Assembly: GCA_010202845.1 (NCBI GenBank)
Contig: CP047921.1
Coordinates: 480,001 to 512,000, forward strand
Length of the DNA: 32,000 nucleotides
Origin: Candidatus Saccharibacteria bacterium oral taxon 488
GTDB taxonomy: Bacteria; Patescibacteriota; Saccharimonadia; Saccharimonadales; Saccharimonadaceae
Reading direction: 5' to 3'
A program made the translations under genes and the position numbers. Below, piece after piece: positions 25,491 to 32,000 of the stretch. The notes below the pieces were generated by a model. That model worked only from the letters and a program-made list of their open reading frames with translations. It made no database searches and was not told where the DNA came from. The stretch's first letter is position 1. Each line of letters starts with the position of its first letter.

Positions 25491-26534
25491 TTAAAACTGC
25501 TCCAAAAAGTCCAACTTACCGCTTTCAAAATGCCGCACGTCTTCAATGCCGTATTTCATCATTACCAGCCGGTCGATGCCGCAGCCAAAGGCAAAGCCAG
25601 TGTACTTATTCGGGTCGATATCGGCAGCCTTCAGCACATTCGGATGAATCATGCCGCAGCCCAATAGTTCGATCCAGCCCTCGCCCGAACAAACTTTACA
25701 GCCTGCATCCTCATCCTCACAGAATGGGCAGCTCAGTGCAAATTCAAAGCTCGGTTCGGTGAATGGGAAATAAAATGGATTGACGCGCACGTCAAGTTGC
25801 TTGCCGTAATATTCTTGCAAAAACTCCTGCAAGGTAGCGATCAGATTGCCGACGTTAACCCCCTTGGCGACATACACGCCCTCAACTTGATAGAATGTGT
25901 GCTCGTGCCGCGCGTCCAGGTCTTCGTTACGAAACACCCGGTCGGGCACGATGGCGGCGATCGCCTCGCCGCTCGCCAAATTACCGCGATATTTCTTCAG
26001 TACGCGGTTCTGCATGGTCGAGGTGTGCGCCGGTGCAATCAAGCGGTCGCCATTAGCGTCAGTCTCCTCAGTCATGAACGTGTCATAATCATCGCGCGCT
26101 GGGTGACCTTTCGGGAAATTCAGGCTCTCAAACATATGAAATTGGTCATCAATCTCACGCGACTCTTCCGTCACGAAACCCATTCGATTGAAAATGTCAG
26201 AAATGCGGTCAATTTCTCGCATCAATGGATGAATCGTGCCGTGCTCACTCGGTAGCAAACTAGGCCGTGGGGCATTGACGTCCATCGGCGCTGTCACGTC
26301 AATTGGCGGCAAATCAACTTTCGATAGCTCATCTTCGCGAGCCGTAACTGCCCGCTCCAATTCCTGCTTCAATTCATTAACCTTTTTACCAAATACCCCG
26401 CGCTCTTCGCTTGGCAACGTCGCGATAACGCCATATAGTTCCCGCAGCTCTGCGCTCCGCAACACGCTACGCGGTTCAGCTGCCTCGGCTACGCGCGATA
26501 ATAATAGTGATCGAACTTCCTCTAACGTTTCCAC
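25491..26534 (-). CDS. pheS: phenylalanine--tRNA ligase alpha subunit
   Basis: 347 aa. Class II motif 2 (FRNEDLDARHEHTFYQVEG) and motif 3 (GFAFGCGIDRLVMM). GTG start 1 nt after the stop of the upstream small ORF. Confidence 0.93.
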   Translation of the reverse strand: METLEEVRSLLLSRVAEAAEPRSVLRSAELRELYGVIATLPSEERGVFGKKVNELKQELERAVTAREDELSKVDLPPIDVTAPMDVNAPRPSLLPSEHGTIHPLMREIDRISDIFNRMGFVTEESREIDDQFHMFESLNFPKGHPARDDYDTFMTEETDANGDRLIAPAHTSTMQNRVLKKYRGNLASGEAIAAIVPDRVFRNEDLDARHEHTFYQVEGVYVAKGVNVGNLIATLQEFLQEYYGKQLDVRVNPFYFPFTEPSFEFALSCPFCEDEDAGCKVCSGEGWIELLGCGMIHPNVLKAADIDPNKYTGFAFGCGIDRLVMMKYGIEDVRHFESGKLDFLEQF

Positions 26535-26535
26535 G

Positions 26536-26772
26536 TCATCGCCCCTGCATCAAAAACATACCGACAACCACGGCCGCCATGATCACAATTATAATCCAGG
26601 CCGGTGCCAGCATCGTCGTCTGCTTCGTATCTTCCAAATATTTTACATCCTCTACGCCGTCTAGGCTGGCTTTTTCCTGAAGGCCCGACGCCTTGGCCTT
26701 CTCGCGCAGCTCCGCCGCAATGCGTTCTTGTAGTTCACTGCGCCGATCTTGTTGATTTACAAATAATCCCAT
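26536..26772 (-). CDS. small tail-anchored membrane protein
   Basis: 78 aa. Charged helical N-terminus and a single C-terminal TM (LAPAWIIIVIMAAVVVGMFLM). TATAAT at 26784..26779 lies 6 nt upstream of the ATG, with no SD. Confidence 0.55.
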   Translation of the reverse strand: MGLFVNQQDRRSELQERIAAELREKAKASGLQEKASLDGVEDVKYLEDTKQTTMLAPAWIIIVIMAAVVVGMFLMQGR

Positions 26773-26791
26773 ATGTCGATTATACCAGATA

Positions 26792-26800
26792 TGTTATAAT
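26792..26800 (+). promoter_or_regulatory. extended -10 element TGtTATAAT
   Basis: Located 20 nt upstream of the AAGGAGGG SD of the aquaporin gene. Confidence 0.45.
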
Positions 26801-26828
26801 GATAGTAATAGTACAGTAAGGAGGGACT

Positions 26829-27824
26829 ATGGCCACGAAGAAGACTACTAAAAAGGCCGCGACTGCAAAATCCAGTTCAAAGAAAACGACTGCTGCAGCT
26901 GCTACATCGAAAACAACCGTAACGCGTGTCACCAGCAAGGCTGAGACGAAAAAACCAGAGGTCAAATCAACTGCTGCTAAACCCGTCAGAACTAGCTCAC
27001 CACGCAAAAAATTAGATACCAAGCTACCGCGCAACCTCGTCAACATCGTACTCGCCGAAGTTGCTGGTACGTTCATCTTGACGCTAGTCGCCTTGTTCTC
27101 GGCATATATGATGACACCGTTTTACATTGGTCTAGCACTGGTAGTATTAGTGCTCGGTATTGGTGCAATCTCCGGCGCGCACATTAACCCAGCCGTGACG
27201 TTCGGTCTCTGGACGATGCGTAAGCTTCGGGCTATACTCGTGCCGTTCTACTGGGCAGCACAATTCCTTGGCGCAATGGCTGCCGTTGTCTTGATGGGAG
27301 CAATTTCATCAGGCAGCTTCGTCATTAACTTTGACCAATTTACCACTTTCTCGTGGGCGATCTTTGCCGTCGAGCTCGTCGGTATGGCGGTCTTTATGTT
27401 CGGGGTGAGTGCTGCTCTGTCACGCACTGATCTCAAGAATACCAGTAGAGCCGTAGTCATCGGTATGTCATTGACACTTGGCCTCGTCGTTAGCGGTGCA
27501 TTGCTACCACTCGCCCAAAATGCTGCTGTCCAAAAGTACCAACAGGAGCAAGCAAATGCGACTCGGCAAACTCAGCAGCTAAAGGATCAGCGTACTTACC
27601 CGCGTGAGGTATATATCAGCGGTGCAACCCTGAACCCAGCAGTTGCCTTAGCCGTGACTGAAAAGACTAACTCACAGCTACAAAATGCCTCAGCACCAGC
27701 ACAAAAAACAGAGAAAATGTATACCCGCCTCAGCCTCGAGGTTATTGCCGCAACCCTCGTTGGCGCAGCGCTCGGCGGTAACTTGTTCCTACTAATCGGC
27801 TATCGCAACAAGGTTGAAGAATAA
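26829..27824 (+). CDS. MIP/aquaporin-family channel with a long basic N-terminal extension
   Basis: 331 aa with two NPA boxes (HINPAVTF, TLNPAVAL) and six TM segments. The first ~75 aa are K/T/A/S-rich low complexity. Confidence 0.88.
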   Translation: MATKKTTKKAATAKSSSKKTTAAAATSKTTVTRVTSKAETKKPEVKSTAAKPVRTSSPRKKLDTKLPRNLVNIVLAEVAGTFILTLVALFSAYMMTPFYIGLALVVLVLGIGAISGAHINPAVTFGLWTMRKLRAILVPFYWAAQFLGAMAAVVLMGAISSGSFVINFDQFTTFSWAIFAVELVGMAVFMFGVSAALSRTDLKNTSRAVVIGMSLTLGLVVSGALLPLAQNAAVQKYQQEQANATRQTQQLKDQRTYPREVYISGATLNPAVALAVTEKTNSQLQNASAPAQKTEKMYTRLSLEVIAATLVGAALGGNLFLLIGYRNKVEE

Positions 27825-27848
27825 TTCACCTCGCTAGTAACCACGTAA

Positions 27849-27875
27849 TCCCCGTCTTATGAGGCGGGGATTTTT
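27849..27875 (+). terminator. intrinsic terminator
   Basis: UCCCCGUC-UUAUGA-GGCGGGGA (8 bp including one U-G), followed by TTTTT. Confidence 0.75.
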
Positions 27876-27881
27876 AAGTCG

Positions 27882-28952
27882 TTAGTCCTCTTGCATTGGT
27901 CGATCAAGTAGCTCTGGCTGCGTTTGATGATCACCACCAGCGATTCGCACTACGTCTTTATCAATCTTGCCGAGTTCCTTATACGAATTATTATAATGCC
28001 CGACAGTCGTGCTGAGGCTCTTGCCCATCTTAGTCATTAACTCATCAAACTTTTTGATATGCACGCCCAGCTGGCCGACACGCACCTGAATGTCCTTGGC
28101 CTGTTCTTCAATTTGTAGACTCCTCAGGCCCTGCAGCACCGTCTGCAAATACGCCAAAAAGCTGGTCGGGCTGACGATGATCACGCGCTTGTCACGAAAG
28201 GCGTATTCAATCAAATCGCGGCTCGAACCGCCCGCACCAACATTGTTGATCAGCAGGTCATAATACAGCGACTCACTGGGGATAAACATAAAGGCAAAAT
28301 CCATAGTATTCTCGCGCGGGCGAATGTACTTGCTAGTTTCGTCAATGCGCCCCTTCAAGTCAGCCTTCACCTTATTCAGCCACAGCTCGCGCTCAGCTTT
28401 AGTCTCGGCATTGATCATCCGGTTGTAATTTTCCAAGCTAAACTTACTATCCACCGGCAAGATCTGCCCCTTGTCCAGAAAGATAACCGCATCAACAGTC
28501 TCGCCGTCCTTGAATCGGTACTGCATCTGAAACTGCTTGGCGGGCAGCACATTGTCCAGCACACTTTCCAGGTAAAACTCGCCGAACACGCCGCGCTGCT
28601 TAGGGTTTTGCAAGACGTTCTGCAGAGTTTTTAGGTCAGTCGCCACATCAACCACCCGCTTGTTCGTCTCATCCAATTTTGCCAGTCTCTGCGTCACGTC
28701 CGCCACCAACTTAGCGCTTTCTGACAGCTGCTTTTGGACTGAGGTTTGCACCTGGGCGTTACTGCGCTCCAATTTGTCACTGACTGATTCATTCAGCTTG
28801 GCGATGGTTCGCCCCAGTTCCACCACGTCAGTTTTGATGAGTTCGACTGATGATTGATTTTTCAGCTCGCTTAACTTTGACTGCAGCACGAACAACGTCG
28901 CACCCAAACCTATAACGATAATAACTAAGAGAATAATGATAATGGCTTCCAT
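27882..28952 (-). CDS. rmuC: DNA recombination protein RmuC
   Basis: 356 aa. N-terminal TM, a long coiled coil, and a C-terminal RmuC nuclease-like region (FMFIPSESLYYDLL...). Confidence 0.88.
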   Translation of the reverse strand: MEAIIIILLVIIVIGLGATLFVLQSKLSELKNQSSVELIKTDVVELGRTIAKLNESVSDKLERSNAQVQTSVQKQLSESAKLVADVTQRLAKLDETNKRVVDVATDLKTLQNVLQNPKQRGVFGEFYLESVLDNVLPAKQFQMQYRFKDGETVDAVIFLDKGQILPVDSKFSLENYNRMINAETKAERELWLNKVKADLKGRIDETSKYIRPRENTMDFAFMFIPSESLYYDLLINNVGAGGSSRDLIEYAFRDKRVIIVSPTSFLAYLQTVLQGLRSLQIEEQAKDIQVRVGQLGVHIKKFDELMTKMGKSLSTTVGHYNNSYKELGKIDKDVVRIAGGDHQTQPELLDRPMQED

Positions 28953-28970
28953 ACTCTTAGTGTACAGGGA

Positions 28971-29420
28971 TTACAGAGACAAGACAACTCGCGCCAACAG
29001 GACAAATATAGCCAAAAAGATAATCGCCGCCACGTTGCCGCGGATCCGGTTCAGCCACATCGCGGTTGCGTATACGAAGCCAAACGCCACGGTTGTTACC
29101 ATCAGCGACAACCACCACACCTCAGCAGCCGAGACACCAATACCCCACAGTGCACCAACCGCCGCGAGTACCACGAGCAGCGGCCGCCTGACTCGATTGA
29201 GAGCGACAATCGGTACGAGCATAACGCTGACCAATACCAGCGCAACGTAGGCACCGATTTGCGCACTGTTCGTACACATTGATGGGTCGGCTGTCGGGCC
29301 GCAAATAATCTGCTTTAGGATAAAGCGATCAAGCGCCAGGGCGATCAGCCATGTCACGACACCGCCAACCATACCGCTGACGACAACTCGCCAGAACACC
29401 GCCGGCGTCACAGGAAACAT
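28971..29420 (-). CDS. four-TM membrane protein, unknown function
   Basis: Start placed at ATG 29420 (MFPVTPAVFW...), with GAGGAAG upstream. The track start at 29564 would overlap the PAP2 gene by 58 nt. Confidence 0.6.
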   Translation of the reverse strand: MFPVTPAVFWRVVVSGMVGGVVTWLIALALDRFILKQIICGPTADPSMCTNSAQIGAYVALVLVSVMLVPIVALNRVRRPLLVVLAAVGALWGIGVSAAEVWWLSLMVTTVAFGFVYATAMWLNRIRGNVAAIIFLAIFVLLARVVLSL

Positions 29421-29506
29421 ATAGTCTGATTCTTCCTCGTGAAAAACTTTCTCAAACCACTTCACAATAGATACAACTATAGCAGTAATTTGATAAAACC
29501 GCAACC

Positions 29507-29998
29507 CTATTTTGCAGTGCGTGACACCCGTCGCAACGGCATGTACCAGAATATGCCCACCCAAGCGATGATGAGCCCCCCAGCCACATCAAGCGGCGTA
29601 TGCACCAGCGCCACCACCCGCCCTATACCAACCAGTAGCGTCATCACCAAACAGGCCACGGCCCACCCTCGACACTTCGCGCCGAACCACACCGCCAACG
29701 TGATGGCCATAGTGAACAGGGCGTGATCGGACGGGAAACCCGGATTATCCAAAAACGAGGCGCCGGCGCTCACGCCTGCTAGCTCAAACGGACGGAGGCC
29801 TGATGGCTGATATAATAACCCGATAATTTTTGCCGCAACAAACGCCGTCAGCCCCGCCATCAGCACTCGCATATACACCTGATAGCGCTGGCCTCGCGGT
29901 ACGTGTCGGATGAGCGTATATATCCCGATCAGCACCACTGGGATCACCAGCCCGTCGGCAATAATTTTCACCATCCATGAAATATCCATAAGCCCCAT
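29507..29998 (-). CDS. PAP2-superfamily lipid phosphatase
   Basis: 163 aa. The three PAP2 motifs are Kx6RP (KIIGLLYQPSGLRP), PSDH (FPSDHA) and SRx5Hx3D-like (IGRVVALVHTPLDV). Confidence 0.85.
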   Translation of the reverse strand: MGLMDISWMVKIIADGLVIPVVLIGIYTLIRHVPRGQRYQVYMRVLMAGLTAFVAAKIIGLLYQPSGLRPFELAGVSAGASFLDNPGFPSDHALFTMAITLAVWFGAKCRGWAVACLVMTLLVGIGRVVALVHTPLDVAGGLIIAWVGIFWYMPLRRVSRTAK

Positions 29999-30047
29999 TA
30001 TACCCTGCTAGGCCCTGGCGTCAAACCCTGAACCTTAGCTCGTCGAC

Positions 30048-30076
30048 TTGCGCCGCTTTATCATCCATAGTATAAT
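30048..30076 (+). promoter_or_regulatory. candidate tRNA promoter: TTGCGC-17 nt-TATAAT
   Basis: The -10 at 30071-30076 lies 11 nt upstream of the mature tRNA 5' end. Confidence 0.5.
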
Positions 30077-30087
30077 CAGACACGCGT

Positions 30088-30162
30088 TGGGGATTCGCCA
30101 AGTGGTAAGGCACCGGGTTCTGGTCCCGGCATTCGGGGGTTCGAATCCCTCATCCCCAGCCA
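30088..30162 (+). tRNA. tRNA-Gln (anticodon CUG), CCA encoded
   Basis: Manual cloverleaf. Acceptor UGGGGAU/AUCCCCA. Anticodon stem CCGGG/CCCGG with loop UUCUGGU. T arm GGGGG-UUCGAAU-CCCUC. Discriminator G followed by CCA. Confidence 0.9.
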
Positions 30163-30197
30163 AGAAAAAGGATTGACGTTTTGTCAATCTTTTTTCT
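30163..30197. terminator. bidirectional intrinsic terminator
   Basis: AGAAAAA-GGATTGAC-loop-GTCAATCT-TTTTTC. It serves the tRNA on the + strand and the membrane-protein gene on the - strand, whose stop lies in the 3' arm. Confidence 0.7.
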
Positions 30198-30687
30198 TGC
30201 GCTTTGGTTTGGTATGAACCTGATGGTCAGTTGATGTTTCTTGAGATTTTACCGTGGTTGTCGCGCCACCCTGGCCGAAACCGCTTGCCCATATCGCCAA
30301 AATCCACACGCCGGCCAGGAACAGGAGCGACCAGCTACCGCCCGGTAGGTCAAACGTCGCCCCAAATATCATTGATACTCCGTGACAGAATGCCATGCTT
30401 TCTAGCAGCGTCAACAGCAGTAGCGCCACGATGCCCATCATAGCACTTACCTTTCTCAGCCTAGCCGATATATCCATGGCCAGCAGGAACGGCAACGCCC
30501 CAATCTCTGCGACAACGAGAACGATGGCGCACACTGCCGCCATCACGCTCGGCAATCCAGCGAGCATTGCTGGAAACTTATCAAACGAAAATAGCTGGCT
30601 CAAGACGATGACGAGAATATATCCGGCAACGATTAACCGTACAATGTGTACGACTGATATTGGTCGTTGGGTTGATGTTTTCTTCAT
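30184..30687 (-). CDS. four-TM membrane protein (possibly DoxX/MauE-like) with a basic C-terminal tail
   Basis: 167 aa with four hydrophobic helices and a C-terminal KPKRKKKD. The family call is weak. Confidence 0.6.
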   Translation of the reverse strand: MKKTSTQRPISVVHIVRLIVAGYILVIVLSQLFSFDKFPAMLAGLPSVMAAVCAIVLVVAEIGALPFLLAMDISARLRKVSAMMGIVALLLLTLLESMAFCHGVSMIFGATFDLPGGSWSLLFLAGVWILAIWASGFGQGGATTTVKSQETSTDHQVHTKPKRKKKD

Positions 30688-30934
30688 AGATACAGTATAC
30701 CGACCCGCCTTAAAAAGCTCAAGCTTGTTGTATTATTTACCAAAGCGCTTGCTTTTTTTATTAAAAACACGTACAGTAACAACAAGCGAACGATACAAAA
30801 ACAAACACTACTGACGTTTCTTTCGCTCTACGATATCCACCACAACAAAATACCGTTACGAGTATGTAGCGGTATTTTCCGTTGTTGGATAAATCACAAC
30901 GCTATATATAGCGTATACGTGCTATAGTAACAAT

Positions 30935-32000
30935 ATGAAAGAATATTGTGAGTCGAGAGGGTTTGTTGAGTTTGGTCCAAAAAATACCGCACCTGTACCA
31001 TTACTTGCCATTAACGAAATTGAGCAGATTCGTAAAACATATGATCCAGGGGCAATCACTGAACTAGCGACTTCAATCGTTCACGAGGAGGACGGTAATA
31101 CTTGGTTCGATATGTACAATCCTCTCCTAGCCGCCTGCCTCACACCAGAGGAGGCGGAGCAATACCTCAAGGAACACGCTGCGTTTCATAAAGGATCTCA
31201 ATCAATTGATAGTCTTACGCCAGACCATGACGGTAACTACGTCATCCTGATCTCTGGGCATCGTCGTAAACGCGCTATCGAACAGCTAATCAGCCAACAT
31301 GGCATTACGCCGGAATGCGTTCGCGTGAATGTCAATCTTCGCCGTGGCATTACCTTTGAGGAAGCACTCGTTGCCCAAGTGCGCGAGAATACACACGAGA
31401 AAGTGTCGCCTACTGAAACCGCCAAATATATCGAGCAACTACACGCCTATCTCGAGAATAAAGAAGGGGCACAGCCGACCTACAGGCGACTGTCTATGAT
31501 GACCGGGATTAGTGAAGGCATTATTAGTACTGCGCTACGATTTCAGCGCCTACCGGAAAGCATCCGACTACTTGCCACCACTCATGGCGATATCCTCCCC
31601 TACTCAACCCTTGTAAGACTCGAGCCACTAATGCGCAAACGAGGCGAGCTGTATAAGAAGTTACTCTCGCTCGGGCAAACCATGAACGGGGAAGACTGTG
31701 AGACCTATGTCGAGAATCACCTTCATATCGTGGCGAATACCATTGTTGAAGGCCTCCTTGGCGCCAAGAAGCGCAATCACTATATTCGGCAGCAGATTAG
31801 CGACCTAGAACTACGAATTATCAATGCCCAGCCCAGCTTTGACCTTATAGCAGAAACCAGCTCTGGAGCTCAGCGAAAGGCATCAGAGACCCGCCTCGGT
31901 AAGACAGCCGTATCGGCCATGCGGCATGCCTGTCGAGACGATCCAAGAAATATGCCACCCGAACAGCTAGCTGACCTCGAGGAGTTCGTCGCAAAAGCCA
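30935..32000 (+). CDS. ParB/sulfiredoxin-domain protein, partial; continues past the window end
   Basis: Own translation gives MKEYCESRGFVEFGPKNTAPVPLLAINEIEQIRKTYDPGAITELATSIVHE...ILISGHRRKRAIEQL...VRENTHEKVSPTETAKYI. It has a ParB N-terminal box with the GxRRxxA motif and is open for 355 codons to position 32000. It is not in the ORF track because there is no stop in the window. Confidence 0.75.
   Translation, partial: MKEYCESRGFVEFGPKNTAPVPLLAINEIEQIRKTYDPGAITELATSIVHEEDGNTWFDMYNPLLAACLTPEEAEQYLKEHAAFHKGSQSIDSLTPDHDGNYVILISGHRRKRAIEQLISQHGITPECVRVNVNLRRGITFEEALVAQVRENTHEKVSPTETAKYIEQLHAYLENKEGAQPTYRRLSMMTGISEGIISTALRFQRLPESIRLLATTHGDILPYSTLVRLEPLMRKRGELYKKLLSLGQTMNGEDCETYVENHLHIVANTIVEGLLGAKKRNHYIRQQISDLELRIINAQPSFDLIAETSSGAQRKASETRLGKTAVSAMRHACRDDPRNMPPEQLADLEEFVAKA

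Noticed and set aside
29421-29564. Long N-terminal extension of the membrane protein (track start 29564).
   Set aside because: It would overlap the PAP2 gene by 58 nt. The extension (MGGHILVHAVATGVTHCKIG...) precedes a better-supported ATG at 29420 with GAGGAAG upstream.
1-32000. CRISPR arrays, rRNA genes, IS elements, integrases or long tandem repeats.
   Set aside because: Reading both strands showed no regularly spaced direct repeats, no rRNA-like conserved blocks and no transposase or recombinase motifs. The only repeats seen are short: the 11-mer promoter core and the 10-mer GGCAAACACG.

Overview
Compact, gene-dense bacterial chromosome segment, roughly 50% GC by eye, with many 1-17 nt gene overlaps. 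The gene set is tyrS, PBP1A, yacL-like PIN/TRAM, radA, clpC, nusA, gap, a short rel, ppa, trxB, FKBP, an ABC exporter, pheT, pheS, an aquaporin, rmuC, PAP2 and tRNA-Gln. This looks like a reduced Gram-positive-type or CPR (Saccharibacteria-like) genome, but that taxonomic guess is inference only. Most of the window is housekeeping. The stand-out is a ~4 kb block (21411-25490) separating pheS from pheT, with a visibly AT-richer core (22421-25460). That core holds two units. The first is a translationally coupled pair sitting directly behind pheS, where pheT normally is: a 308-aa soluble protein of no family I recognise plus a 156-aa four-TM protein. The second is a convergent, strongly promoted cassette of a 71-aa G/D/N/Y-rich peptide, a pentapeptide-repeat-like protein and a CYTH protein. 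This is my best candidate for an undescribed system, possibly phage defence with a Kiwa-like architecture; no homology is demonstrated. Other points worth a second look: a 330-nt GC-rich, hairpin-dense orphan region after a truncated rel, open in the rel frame; a structured nusA leader ending in an intrinsic terminator; a recurrent -10 hexamer-N6-start codon geometry suggesting leaderless mRNAs; an HExxH coiled-coil membrane protein wedged into the conserved clpC-radA-yacL cluster; and a ParB-like gene preceded by palindromes downstream of tRNA-Gln. No CRISPR array, rRNA, transposase or integrase was seen.
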